Source of the DNA: Nitrospirota bacterium
GTDB lineage: Bacteria > Nitrospirota > UBA9217
Direction: 5' to 3'
Assembly (NCBI GenBank): GCA_963737155.1
Contig: CAVTRN010000001.1
Location: forward strand, 1,120,001-1,184,000
DNA: 64,000 nt
The translations under genes and the position numbers were made by a program. Below are positions 35,282 to 45,568 of this stretch, one piece after another. The notes under the pieces were generated by a model. That model ran no database searches. It saw only the letters and a list, made by a program, of their open reading frames with translations, and was not told where the DNA came from. Position 1 is the first letter of the stretch. Each line of letters begins with the position of its first letter.

Positions 35282-36628
35282 GTGAGACTGATGGAAGCCA
35301 CGACCGTAAAAGCGCACGACACGTTCAGCGGAGGTGTGCATCCTGCTGACAATAAGTACCTTTCAGCACACAAACCAACCGTTGCCGCCGCTATTCCCAA
35401 AAGAGCAATCATACCCCTCAGCCAGCACATCGGAGCACCCACGAAACCCCTCGTCGTTATCGGGCAGGAAGTAAAAAAAGGAGAGAAGATCGGAGAAACA
35501 ACAGGATTTGTTTCCGCGCCTGTACATGCTTCGATCTCGGGTAAAGTGGTTGCTATCTCTAGTTTCCCGCATATTCTGGGCGTGGACTTACCTGGCGTCG
35601 TCATCGAGAGCGACGGCAAGGATGAGTGGGTCGCCGGCCTCAAGGAAATTCCCGATTACAATATGCTCAGCTCCGAAGAGCTCAAGAAGCTGGTACAGGA
35701 TGCCGGTATCGTGGGTATGGGGGGGGCGACCTTTCCAACCCATGTCAAGCTTTCTCCTCCTAAAGAAAAACCGATTGACATCGTGATCCTGAACGGCGCT
35801 GAGTGCGAGCCCTATCTTACATCCGATCACCGGCTCATGCTTGAGAAGTCGAAGGAGATAGTTGAGGGCCTCAGGATCCTGATGCGGATTCTGAATGTGA
35901 GTAAGGGATATATCGGCATCGAATCCAATAAGCCCGACGCCATCGAGGCTATGAGCAAGGCCGTGGGCAGCTCCTCCTCCGATGTCAAGGTCTGGCCGGT
36001 CAAGGTAAAATACCCCCAGGGTGCTGAAAAGATGCTGATTAAAGCTATCGCTGGCAGAACGGTGCCCGCCGGTGGGCTTCCGATGGACATAGGCGTGGTC
36101 GTGCAGAACGTCGGTACGGCTGAGGCCATTTATAATGCCGTACGCTACGGCAGGCCCCTCATAGAACGTTACGTAACCGTGACCGGTCGCGGTGTAAAAG
36201 AGCCAAAGAATTTTCTCGTCCGGATTGGCACGCCTTTTTCTCAGCTGATCGAGGAGGCTGGCGGTCTGACCGATACCGCAGCGAAGGTGATCTCGGGCGG
36301 TCCTATGATGGGCATTAGCCAGTATACGCTCGATGTCCCAGTGATTAAGGGAACTTCGGGCATCACGGTTCTCCCAAAGGAGGAAGTCAGCACCAAACCC
36401 TATGGGCCATGCATTCGCTGCGCACGCTGCATTGACGCCTGTCCCATGAAGCTTCAGCCGTCGCTCATCGGCGTTTTTATCGAAAAGGGGCATTATCAGG
36501 ACGCCAAGGACTACAATCTTATGGACTGCTTTGAGTGCGGTTCCTGTACCTTTGTCTGCCCGGCAAACCGACCGATAGTGCAGTGGGTCAAAAAAGCGAA
36601 GAAAGAACTGGCAAAGAAGAAAAACTAA
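35282..36628 (+). CDS. rnfC: Rnf complex subunit C
   Basis: GIVGMGGATFPTHVK, NGAECEPYLTSD, KYPQGAEK, and two CxxCxxCxxxCP motifs. Confidence 0.96.
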   Translation: MRLMEATTVKAHDTFSGGVHPADNKYLSAHKPTVAAAIPKRAIIPLSQHIGAPTKPLVVIGQEVKKGEKIGETTGFVSAPVHASISGKVVAISSFPHILGVDLPGVVIESDGKDEWVAGLKEIPDYNMLSSEELKKLVQDAGIVGMGGATFPTHVKLSPPKEKPIDIVILNGAECEPYLTSDHRLMLEKSKEIVEGLRILMRILNVSKGYIGIESNKPDAIEAMSKAVGSSSSDVKVWPVKVKYPQGAEKMLIKAIAGRTVPAGGLPMDIGVVVQNVGTAEAIYNAVRYGRPLIERYVTVTGRGVKEPKNFLVRIGTPFSQLIEEAGGLTDTAAKVISGGPMMGISQYTLDVPVIKGTSGITVLPKEEVSTKPYGPCIRCARCIDACPMKLQPSLIGVFIEKGHYQDAKDYNLMDCFECGSCTFVCPANRPIVQWVKKAKKELAKKKN

Positions 36629-36713
36629 AAGCGCAGAAAGCAGAATGCAGGGCGCAAACATTTTGTTCGCCATGCGCCATGCCGCCAAGCGTACTTTAAG
36701 CGAGGTCAATTCG

Positions 36714-37745
36714 ATGGATGCACCTGTTAAGGAACAAGCAAAAGTACAGCCCAAACTGATTGTATCGATCGGGCCCCACATGCATGATACCGAGAGCACC
36801 TCGAAAATCATGTGGACCGTTAGCGGTGCGCTTCTTCCCGCAACGCTTATGTCAGTGTACTACTTCGGCATGCCGGCGGTCATGGTCATTCTGGTTTGTA
36901 TCGTGACTTCGCTCCTGGCCGAGGCTGGGATGCAGTGGATACTGAAGAAGCCGATTACGGTCACCGACGGGAGTGCTTTCCTGACCGGCCTGTTGCTAGC
37001 ACTGAACCTTCCATCCAATGCGCCGCTTTACATACCTTTTGTCGGATCCATCGTGGCCATCATGATCGCCAAGCAGCTCTTCGGCGGGCTCGGCTATAAC
37101 ATTTTCAACCCGGCACTCGTCGGCCGTGCATTCGTTCTAATCAGTTTTGCGAAAATCATGACTACCTTCGTTTCTCCGGTTTCAACGTTCATGGCCGTTG
37201 ATGCCAAGACCACGGCAACGCCTCTGGTCATTATGAAAGAGGAAGGGATGGCGAAGCTCCTAGAAATTTATCACACTAAAGCCGCGCTGTACCGGGATCT
37301 CTTCCTCGGCAACCATGCCGGCTCCCTCGGAGAAACATCGGTCATCGCAATCTTGCTCGGTGCTGCATTCCTTATGATGAAACGGTACATTACCTGGCAT
37401 ATTCCTATTCCTTTCATCGCCACGGTGGGCATTCTCACTTGGATATTCGGCGGCAAGGACGGCCTGATGACCGGCGATCCGATTCTCCACATGATGTCCG
37501 GCGGCCTCATCTTGGGCGCTTTCTTTATGGCGACGGACTACGTTACCGGTCCCTCGGTCAGGAGCGCCCAGGTTGTATTCGGCGTCTGCGCCGGAATTCT
37601 TACCACGCTCATACGCCTGAAAGGTGGCTACCCCGAAGGCGTGATGTTCTCCATCCTCCTCATGAACTGCTTCGCGCCACTCCTTGATCGTGGTTTGAGG
37701 AGCCGCGTCTTCGGTAAAGCCGAGGCTAAGGGGGTTAAGAAATGA
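36714..37745 (+). CDS. rnfD: Rnf complex subunit D
   Basis: FGGLGYNIFNPAL, FMN-binding TTATPL, AFFMATDYVT, GGYPEG; ATG 36714 has SD GAGG. Confidence 0.95.
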   Translation: MDAPVKEQAKVQPKLIVSIGPHMHDTESTSKIMWTVSGALLPATLMSVYYFGMPAVMVILVCIVTSLLAEAGMQWILKKPITVTDGSAFLTGLLLALNLPSNAPLYIPFVGSIVAIMIAKQLFGGLGYNIFNPALVGRAFVLISFAKIMTTFVSPVSTFMAVDAKTTATPLVIMKEEGMAKLLEIYHTKAALYRDLFLGNHAGSLGETSVIAILLGAAFLMMKRYITWHIPIPFIATVGILTWIFGGKDGLMTGDPILHMMSGGLILGAFFMATDYVTGPSVRSAQVVFGVCAGILTTLIRLKGGYPEGVMFSILLMNCFAPLLDRGLRSRVFGKAEAKGVKK

Positions 37746-38329
37746 AGGACCTTATTAAGATAACCCTGCCTCTCGTAGCCATTTTCGTCGTTGCGGGTAT
37801 TATTATGAGCGTGACCTATCAACACACCTATCCGGTCCGGTTTCAGGCCGAGAAAAGGGAAAAGGAAGAAGCCTTGAAAGAGATGGCACCCGATGCCACC
37901 GATCCGATTAATCCGGCAGGCGCCTGGACCGACAATAACAAGCCTTATGAGTATTATAAGGCGACGTCAGGTGGGATGCCGGTGGCCTATATTGCGAGTA
38001 CCGCGGGAAAGGGTTATTCGAGCTATATCCAGATGCTTGTTTCTCTGAACCCCGACCTGAAAATCAAGGATGTTAAAATCCTGGATATGAATGAGACTCC
38101 GGGCTTGGGCGACCAAGTCCTGGAACAGAGCTTTCTCGACGAGTTCAAGGGCAAATCGCTTTCACAGATTGTCCTGGTCAAAGGCGAAACCAAGGAAAAC
38201 ATCCAGGCCGTATCCGGCGCCACCTATTCGAGCCGCGGTGTGACGAATGGCGTCAAGGCTGCCGTTCAGACGCTCGTTGATAAGTACGGGGCAGGTATCA
38301 AGACGTCGCTGCAGGAGGTGACGAAGTGA
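37742..38329 (+). CDS. rnfG: Rnf complex subunit G
   Basis: ETPGLG and the FMN-binding SGATYSS motif. Confidence 0.94.
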   Translation: MKDLIKITLPLVAIFVVAGIIMSVTYQHTYPVRFQAEKREKEEALKEMAPDATDPINPAGAWTDNNKPYEYYKATSGGMPVAYIASTAGKGYSSYIQMLVSLNPDLKIKDVKILDMNETPGLGDQVLEQSFLDEFKGKSLSQIVLVKGETKENIQAVSGATYSSRGVTNGVKAAVQTLVDKYGAGIKTSLQEVTK

Positions 38330-38955
38330 GCAATAATACCACGTTAGGGACGCTCTTTAAAAACGGCATCTTCGGCGAGAACCCAGTCTTCAGGCTTGCC
38401 CTGTCCCTCTGTCCGGCGGTGGCCGTTACCAGCGGTGTAAAGAATGGATTTCTGATGGGGATTGCGGTTCTTTTCGTCATGACCATGACGAACGTGACCG
38501 TTTCGTTGCTACGGAACTTTATTAATCCGAAGGTGCGTATTCCCTCCTATGTATTCATCACCGCCACTTGGGTCACGGTGATCGATCAGGTCATGTCGGC
38601 CTATCAAAGAGCGGTATATAAGGAAATGGGCCTTTATATCATGCTCATCGTTGCTTTCGCTATCATCCTTTCGCGGGCGGAGATGTTCGCGAGCAAGAAC
38701 AAGCTTTTGCCGTCCTTCGTGGACGGCGTGGGAATGGGACTTGGTTTTACCCTTGCTCTTATGCTTCTCGGCGTGTTCAGGGAGTTTTTGGGCAAGGGAT
38801 CGCTCTGGGGCGTCCACATTCTGCCGGTAAAGCCGCTTCTCATCATGATTATGCCGACAGGCGGATTTTTCGCCATGGGTCTCATGATGGGTTGGCTCAA
38901 CTGGGTCGATCGAAAGTTCTTTGGCGGCGCGGGTGCGAGCAGTGGGGGACATTAG
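38326..38955 (+). CDS. rnfE: Rnf complex subunit E
   Basis: ENPVFRLALSLCPAVAVT, VRIP, DGVGMGLGF. Confidence 0.94.
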   Translation: MSNNTTLGTLFKNGIFGENPVFRLALSLCPAVAVTSGVKNGFLMGIAVLFVMTMTNVTVSLLRNFINPKVRIPSYVFITATWVTVIDQVMSAYQRAVYKEMGLYIMLIVAFAIILSRAEMFASKNKLLPSFVDGVGMGLGFTLALMLLGVFREFLGKGSLWGVHILPVKPLLIMIMPTGGFFAMGLMMGWLNWVDRKFFGGAGASSGGH

Positions 38956-39000
38956 GAATAGCGAGTCTGGCGAGTCAAGCTCATTACCGGAGGTAATGCT

Positions 39001-39585
39001 ATGTGGCAGCATGTTCTGACAATATTTATCGCATCAGCACTCATCAACAATTTTGTTTTTTCACGCTATCTTGGCCTCTGCATTTTCTTCGGTGTTACGA
39101 AAAGAATGGAGACCGCGATCGGGATGAGCTTCACCTTTACCGCCGTCATGCTGGTCGAGGCAGTCATTAACTGGGCAATCTACACCTATGTCATGGTTCC
39201 CTATCATCTGGGCTTCTTGAAAATCGTGATCTTCATAGGAACAGTCGCCGCATTCGTGCAGGCTGCGGACACGATGATGAAGAAAGTCGCGCCCGCTCTG
39301 TATTATAAGCTGGGAATATACCTCGCGTTGATTGTGACGAACTGCATCATTCTCGCTGTTCCACTCATCAATGCCGATAATAATTACAGCCTTTTCGAGA
39401 GTATGGCGCTTGCCGTAGGATCGGGGCTCGGGTTCAGCTTGGCCCTTATCATCATGGCAAGCATCCGGGAGAAACTAGAACTTGCCGACGTGCCCAGGTC
39501 ATTCCAGGGGCTGCCTATTTCGTTCGTACTGACCGGTCTTATCGCCCTTGCATTCTTGGGTTTTTCCGGCATGATCACGCTGTAA
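39001..39585 (+). CDS. rnfA: Rnf complex subunit A
   Basis: NNFVFSRYLGLC, LIVTNC, IREKLELADVP. Confidence 0.95.
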   Translation: MWQHVLTIFIASALINNFVFSRYLGLCIFFGVTKRMETAIGMSFTFTAVMLVEAVINWAIYTYVMVPYHLGFLKIVIFIGTVAAFVQAADTMMKKVAPALYYKLGIYLALIVTNCIILAVPLINADNNYSLFESMALAVGSGLGFSLALIIMASIREKLELADVPRSFQGLPISFVLTGLIALAFLGFSGMITL

Positions 39586-39613
39586 GAATCTGAATGAAGA
39601 AGGTACTTAAACC

Positions 39614-40780
39614 ATGTATGAACAAATGATGAACATTCTGCTGCAGGTGCTAAACCACGCCGTTAGTATTTTATTCAACAACGTCGTCCCGCGGATCGCA
39701 GTCGAAGGGGCGTTGGAGGCGACCGGTACAGTTCCGGCGACTACAGTCTATACGACATTAATCGTACTCGCAGGACTCGGCGTTGTTTTCGGTGTGGCGC
39801 TCGCCATTGTTGCGGCGAAGTTTGTGGTAAAGGTGGACCCCAAAGTGGAAAAAGTCCGGGAAACGCTTCCGGGGGCCAACTGCGGGGCCTGCGGATTTGC
39901 GGGTTGTATGGGCTATGCAGAGGCCGTAGTAGCGAATCCGGATGTGGCTGTGCACATGTGTGCCCCCGGCAAAGCTGCGGTGGCTGAAAAGGTCGCCGAG
40001 ATCACCGGCAAGAAGGCTGAAAAAATCGAGCCCAAGATAGCCCGGGTATTTTGCCAAGGTGGTAGCTCGCTCAGCCAGAGGAAGTTCATTTACACTGGCG
40101 TGCAGGACTGCACCGCAGCGGTGCTTGCCGCAGGTGGAGACAAATCCTGCGACTACGGATGCTTGGGTTACGGCACCTGCATGCGCGCATGCCCCTTTGG
40201 CGCGATCACGATGAGCGCCGACAATCTGCCGCTCATCAGCCACGAGAAATGTACGGCTTGCGGAAAGTGCGTAGCCGCCTGTCCCAAGCAGGTAATCGAA
40301 CTAGCGCAGGCTGCTAAAGCGGTAGTAATCAGCTGTCACAGCAGGGACAAGGGTATCGATGTCAAAAAGAAGTGCCAGGTTGGTTGTATTGCCTGCGGGA
40401 TCTGCGTAAGAACTTGCCCCGTAGATGCCATAAAGATCGAAAACAATCTCGCCCGTATTGATCACAGTAAGTGCATCGTCTGCGGATTGTGCGTCAAAAA
40501 ATGCCCCACGAGCGCAATTCACGATTATATCCCTGTACGACCGAAGGCGTACATTGATCCGACAAAATGCATGGGCATCGACGTATGCGAGAAGGTTTGC
40601 CCTGTGAACGCGATCTCCGGAGAAATCCGGTCACTGCATGTGGTCAACCAGGAGAAGTGCATCGGTTGCCGGATGTGTGAGTCACGGTGTCCCAAGAAAG
40701 CGATTACCATGATGGAATCCTCTTCAGCGACCACGCAGGCCAAATTCGCAAAAGCAAAAGAACCGGTTGCCGTATCATAG
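39614..40780 (+). CDS. rnfB: Rnf complex subunit B (extended polyferredoxin)
   Basis: TM anchor, LPGANCGACGFAGC, and multiple CxxCxxCxxxCP motifs. Confidence 0.93.
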   Translation: MYEQMMNILLQVLNHAVSILFNNVVPRIAVEGALEATGTVPATTVYTTLIVLAGLGVVFGVALAIVAAKFVVKVDPKVEKVRETLPGANCGACGFAGCMGYAEAVVANPDVAVHMCAPGKAAVAEKVAEITGKKAEKIEPKIARVFCQGGSSLSQRKFIYTGVQDCTAAVLAAGGDKSCDYGCLGYGTCMRACPFGAITMSADNLPLISHEKCTACGKCVAACPKQVIELAQAAKAVVISCHSRDKGIDVKKKCQVGCIACGICVRTCPVDAIKIENNLARIDHSKCIVCGLCVKKCPTSAIHDYIPVRPKAYIDPTKCMGIDVCEKVCPVNAISGEIRSLHVVNQEKCIGCRMCESRCPKKAITMMESSSATTQAKFAKAKEPVAVS

Positions 40781-40809
40781 TCATTATTGTTGGAAAACCT
40801 GCACATTGC

Positions 40810-40842
40810 AAGGGGGGATGCGTTATTGCATCCCCCCTTTTT
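40810..40842 (+). terminator. Intrinsic terminator of the rnf operon
   Basis: AAGGGGGGATGC-GTTATT-GCATCCCCCCTTTTT. Confidence 0.88.
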
Positions 40843-41070
40843 AGCTCACCGGCGCCATAATACTGATCAATGATGTATACTATTCCTGACAGCTCACGAT
40901 GGGAAATTTTTCTGATCGCATGCAGCCAATTCTGCATAAAAGAGTTCTCGCTCTGCGTCCGAAAAACCCTCTCCCATTTTTTTGCTTGACAAAGTTTCAC
41001 GCATAGGCTAAAAACAAACTCGTTCTTTATTCAACGTAATTTTCAATTTGTTTTTTTCTGGGAGGGATAC

Positions 41071-41460
41071 ATGAATCCTGATGATATAAAATATCATAGA
41101 GAGCATACGTGGGTGCGGGCAGAGGGGAAGCGCGCGACCATTGGCATTACTGACTATGCGCAGCAGCAGCTTGGTGATATCGTATACATCGACCTGCCGG
41201 AAGCGGATGCTGATATCGATGCCGACTCTGAGCTTTCCGAGATTGAGTCCACCAAAGCAACGTCACCGGTGGTCAGCCCAGTATCGGGCGTGGTCGTCGA
41301 GGTGAACGAAGACCTTGCCGACTCACCGGAGATCATCAATGAGGATCCTTACGGCAATGGCTGGCTCGTAGTTGTCGACATGAGCGATTCGACGGAGTTG
41401 AACGATTTGATGAGTAAGTCGGAATACGAAAAGTTTTTGAAAGAAGAAGAAGGAAAGTAG
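41071..41460 (+). CDS. gcvH: Glycine cleavage system H (lipoyl carrier) protein
   Basis: IGITDYAQQQLGDIVY, EIESTKA (lipoyl Lys), INEDPYGNGW. Confidence 0.95.
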   Translation: MNPDDIKYHREHTWVRAEGKRATIGITDYAQQQLGDIVYIDLPEADADIDADSELSEIESTKATSPVVSPVSGVVVEVNEDLADSPEIINEDPYGNGWLVVVDMSDSTELNDLMSKSEYEKFLKEEEGK

Positions 41461-41499
41461 AAATTAGGCATGTGCGTTGCTATGATTGTACAAGGACTG

Positions 41500-41529
41500 A
41501 AAGGGAGAGTATATACTCTCCCTTTTTTT
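41500..41529 (+). terminator. Intrinsic terminator after gcvH
   Basis: AAAGGGAGAGTA-TA-TACTCTCCCTTTTTTT. Confidence 0.85.
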
Positions 41530-41660
41530 GTGAGGAAGATCAGACTTCAACGCAGTGTCATTGACCATCAGAGGATGAGTCCTTTATCCGTTCACATGCC
41601 TTCCGGTCAAATCTGTGGTATAATACCGTTCGATCCGGTTTATTGTTCAAGGAGCTTATC

Positions 41661-43061
41661 ATGTCAGTGAACTTAACGATTATCGGCGCAGGACCAGGGG
41701 GGTATGTCGCTGCGATTCGCGCAGCGCAAATGGGCGCGCAGGTTATCGTGGTGGAGGCCACGGAAGTGGGGGGAACCTGTCTGAATTGGGGTTGTATCCC
41801 GACCAAAACTATCATTGCCTCTGCTGAGGCGCTCGAACATATTCGCCGCGCTGCTGAGTTTGGTATTGACGTGCCTGGGGAGGTCGGTTATAACCTCGGA
41901 AAAATCAGAGAACGCAAGGACAAGGTGGTTTCTATACAGGTCAAGGGGATCCGGGGTTTGTTCAAAAGCTGGGGGGTTAGCCTGATTGAAGGCCGAGGTT
42001 CGTTGCTCTCTCCAGATGTGGTAAGAGTTGTCCAGAGCGATGGAACGACCATGGATGTGAGGTCGGATAAAGTCATTATCGCCACAGGTTCTCGTCCCGC
42101 GAGGCTCCAGGGGTTCCCCTTTGACGGCGAGACAGTCATCACGAGCGACGATGCGGTCCTGCTCAAGCGTATTCCTAAAAGCCTGCTCATTGTGGGCGCA
42201 GGAGTGATCGGTTCGGAGTTCGCCTTCATCTACCGATCCTTCGGAGCGGAAGTGACGATGGTGGAGATGCTTCCCCGCGTCCTCTCAACGGAAGACGAAG
42301 ACATGTCGGACATCATTGAACGTGAGTTCAAGAAGTCCAGGATAAAACTGATTGCGAATACGAGCGTTGAGAAGGTGGAGAAGGCAGCCGACGGGATGCT
42401 GACGGCTACCCTTTCGAACGGACAGGAGGCCAGGGCTGAGATGATCTTGGTTTCCATCGGCCGCAGCCTGAACTCTGAAAACCTGGGACTCGACGCAATC
42501 GGCGTAGCCACAGGCAGGCGAGGGGAGATCTTCGTGAACGAGAACATGGAGACGAATGTACCCGGCATCTATGCCATCGGCGATGTAACTGGTAAGATCA
42601 TGCTTGCTCACGTTGCCTCTGCTCAGGGTCTGATTGCTGCTGCGAATGTACTTGGTGAAAACGAAAAAATGGACTACCGTGTTGTTCCCGCGGGAATATT
42701 CACGATGCCGGAAATCGGCAGTGTGGGCCTTCGCGAGCAGGAAGTGAGGGAAAAGGGTGTCAAATACAGGGTTGGGAGAATGCTGTACCGCGGTCTAGGC
42801 AAGTCTCACGCTATGGGCGAGATCACCGGCGTGGTAAAGATCATTGCCGACGAGACGACGGACAAAGTGCTGGGAGTACACGTGTGCGGAGCCCATGCCT
42901 CAGACCTCGTCCATGAGGGTGCTCTCGCAATTACGATGGGCGCAACCGCGAAGAAGCTCGGCAACATGATCCATGCCCACCCCACCCTTGCCGAGGGCAT
43001 CATGGAAGCAGCCGAGGACGTTCATAATATGGCGATCCATTTACAGCGAACGAACAAATGA
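41661..43061 (+). CDS. lpdA: Dihydrolipoamide dehydrogenase
   Basis: GAGPGGYVAAIRAAQ, GGTCLNWGCIPTK, MLAHVAS, HAHPTLAE; SD AAGGAG before ATG 41661. Confidence 0.95.
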   Translation: MSVNLTIIGAGPGGYVAAIRAAQMGAQVIVVEATEVGGTCLNWGCIPTKTIIASAEALEHIRRAAEFGIDVPGEVGYNLGKIRERKDKVVSIQVKGIRGLFKSWGVSLIEGRGSLLSPDVVRVVQSDGTTMDVRSDKVIIATGSRPARLQGFPFDGETVITSDDAVLLKRIPKSLLIVGAGVIGSEFAFIYRSFGAEVTMVEMLPRVLSTEDEDMSDIIEREFKKSRIKLIANTSVEKVEKAADGMLTATLSNGQEARAEMILVSIGRSLNSENLGLDAIGVATGRRGEIFVNENMETNVPGIYAIGDVTGKIMLAHVASAQGLIAAANVLGENEKMDYRVVPAGIFTMPEIGSVGLREQEVREKGVKYRVGRMLYRGLGKSHAMGEITGVVKIIADETTDKVLGVHVCGAHASDLVHEGALAITMGATAKKLGNMIHAHPTLAEGIMEAAEDVHNMAIHLQRTNK

Positions 43062-43876
43062 GAAAAGAAGGACATTGTTCTTTGACAGGAGTGCTTATAG
43101 CGGCGTTATTCTGTTATGGAGCTGTGGCTCCTCGACCAACTGCGGCGGATGAATGCGCCGTTTCTCTCTCGCTTGAAGACTACACCTGGAAGGAATTGAA
43201 TGATAACAGTTCCCGCCTTCTGAAGGAATCGGGCGATCTCATCGGTCTGGGTTTTTCCTATCAGCATGAGCTTTCAAATCATGTGACTTTTTCACCTCGT
43301 GCCGAGATTTTCGGCGGCCAGATAGATTACGCAGGGCAGACCCAGTCAGGCATACCGGCAACGAGTACGGTAACGTATGTGGGCTCCAGCATCGAGACAG
43401 AAGCAGGGCGGAAATACGAAATCAACGGAAGTTATTATATTGAGCCATTTGGTGGTTTGGGTTTTCGCGCTTGGCAGCGTGGTATAAACAATGGGACGAC
43501 GGTAAACGGCGCTTCCGCCTCCGGAATTACAGAAGACTGGGTAACCACACAGGCCTTGATTGGTATGAGGGGCGGTGTCACACCTACACCGCGATTAGCG
43601 ATGTTCGCAGAGGCTGGTATGAAACTGCCGCTCTATAATGAAGAGGCGGTGTATTTTGGAAATGGTTACCTACGGCCTGATGCCAATCTCCACCCTGGTA
43701 AACAAACTTCCTTCTTCGGAGAAGTGGGGACGCGATTCCGCTGTATGAAGGCAGGCGTCTTCTATGATGGAATGCGGTTTTCCCGCTCGGATCAGGAGCG
43801 GATAACGGGGGGATATGTTTACCAACCCAGGTCGGTTCTAGATATTTACGGCGTGAAGATCGGCGTGGCGTTCTGA
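43058..43876 (+). CDS. Putative outer-membrane beta-barrel protein
   Basis: Signal peptide, amphipathic beta strands, C-terminal YGVKIGVAF signature. Confidence 0.7.
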   Translation: MRKEGHCSLTGVLIAALFCYGAVAPRPTAADECAVSLSLEDYTWKELNDNSSRLLKESGDLIGLGFSYQHELSNHVTFSPRAEIFGGQIDYAGQTQSGIPATSTVTYVGSSIETEAGRKYEINGSYYIEPFGGLGFRAWQRGINNGTTVNGASASGITEDWVTTQALIGMRGGVTPTPRLAMFAEAGMKLPLYNEEAVYFGNGYLRPDANLHPGKQTSFFGEVGTRFRCMKAGVFYDGMRFSRSDQERITGGYVYQPRSVLDIYGVKIGVAF

Positions 43877-44188
43877 TTCGCTGCCTTTTGCGTATCCAGA
43901 TCTTCAGGACCATCCCGAGTGTTGTTTCTCGAATGTGATCACAAAACAGTTGACCAATCCTATAGCTTCACCTTTATTGTGATCATTTCGTTTTGCCGTT
44001 TGATGAGCCTTTGGCCAGGGTAAAGCATTAGCCCTGTCTGGTCATGTAAAAGCTCGACTTTGACTCGGAAGGCTGTAATTAGCAGGAATGATCGTCACTT
44101 TTTCTCATCCGCCAAGCGTTTGATGAAAGCGTTATTCTTTTTCGGCTCACCGTTACATTCCGTACGTTTTCCATGATGGTGGTGTCGA

Positions 44189-45568
44189 TCACGGTAGTTC
44201 TTTTAGCTTCCCGAATGCTTTCAGGATTACCTCTGAGAGAGCCGGGTGAATATGGATCCCTTTGGCAATAGACCAAAAGGTTCCTTCTGCGGCCATGGTG
44301 TTCACCACTTCCTGAATCAGGATGGAAGCATGTGGACCTATGATGTGGAATCCAAGTATCTTTGCCGTTTGCCGATGCACAATCGCTTTTGCGAGCGCCT
44401 CAGTTTCCATCATCGCCTCTCCGCGTGCCACGTCAGAGTACATAGCAGTGCCCACGAGCAAGTTTTTCACCCCCACCATCTTGACTGCCTGTTCTTCCGT
44501 CAGGCCGACCGAGGCGATTTCAGGCCACGAGAACACGGCGTGCGGAACTGTCAGGAAGTTCATCCGCGATTTCTTCCCATGAACGGCATTGTGCCACACC
44601 AGTTCCACTTCGTGATTGGCGGCGTGGCGGAACATTTTTTTGCCGATGGCATCGCCGAATGCCCAAATGTTCTTTTTTGTCGTCTCAAAAAATTCATCGA
44701 CAACAATGTAACCCTTTTCATCCGTTTTTACGCCTGTGTTCCCGACCATGAGGGAATCGGCGTTGGATTTCCTGCCTGCCGCAATGAGAACGTGCTGCAC
44801 CATGATATCCCGTTGCTTGCCCGTCCTCCGTTCCCTCATGACAACGGTGGATACTTTGCCGTCTTGCCGAACCTCGGTTGCTTCCGTATCGGTATAAATC
44901 GTCATGCGGCGGGAGAGAGCGGTCTTCAACAACTCTGATACCTCGGGTTCTTCGTCAGGCACAAGTCGGCTGTTTCGCTGGATAATGGTCACTTTTGTTC
45001 CGACTGCGGCGAAAAAATGGGCGAACTCGGCGGCAATATATCCGCCTCCGATAATCACTATGCTCTCCGGCTTTTCCGTGAGATAGAGGGCTGTTTCATT
45101 TGTCAGATATTCGATGCTTTCAATCCCTTTTATGGGTGGAATGAACGGACGGGCGCCTGAGGACAGGAACAGGATTTTGCCTCTGATCTTGTTGTCATTT
45201 ACCTGGAGAGTATATTCCCCGGTAAAGTGGGCTTCTCCGAAATAGAAATCAAAGTCCTCGGCCTTCTCCAGGGCCTCCTGAATATGATCATGGCTTAGTT
45301 GGACGGAAGCTCTCATTCGGGCCATGATCGCTGCAAAATCGATTTTGACGCTCTCAGTCGTAATGCCAAGTTTCTCTGCTTCACGGATTTCCATTATCCG
45401 GTCCGCGGGAAATACGACCAGTTTGGTCGGTATGCAGCCGACGTTTAGGCACGTGCCGCCAACGGGGCCCTTGTCCACGAGTGCCACGCTCTTGTTGTGC
45501 TGCAGAGCATCATCGATAAGATTAGTACCGCTGCCAGATCCGACAATAATTATGTCATACTCTTTCAC
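44189..45568 (-). CDS. Pyridine nucleotide-disulfide oxidoreductase (Lpd/mycothione reductase-like)
   Basis: GGTCLNVGCIPTK, GGGYIAAE, HIHPALSE. Confidence 0.9.
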   Translation of the reverse strand: MKEYDIIIVGSGSGTNLIDDALQHNKSVALVDKGPVGGTCLNVGCIPTKLVVFPADRIMEIREAEKLGITTESVKIDFAAIMARMRASVQLSHDHIQEALEKAEDFDFYFGEAHFTGEYTLQVNDNKIRGKILFLSSGARPFIPPIKGIESIEYLTNETALYLTEKPESIVIIGGGYIAAEFAHFFAAVGTKVTIIQRNSRLVPDEEPEVSELLKTALSRRMTIYTDTEATEVRQDGKVSTVVMRERRTGKQRDIMVQHVLIAAGRKSNADSLMVGNTGVKTDEKGYIVVDEFFETTKKNIWAFGDAIGKKMFRHAANHEVELVWHNAVHGKKSRMNFLTVPHAVFSWPEIASVGLTEEQAVKMVGVKNLLVGTAMYSDVARGEAMMETEALAKAIVHRQTAKILGFHIIGPHASILIQEVVNTMAAEGTFWSIAKGIHIHPALSEVILKAFGKLKELP

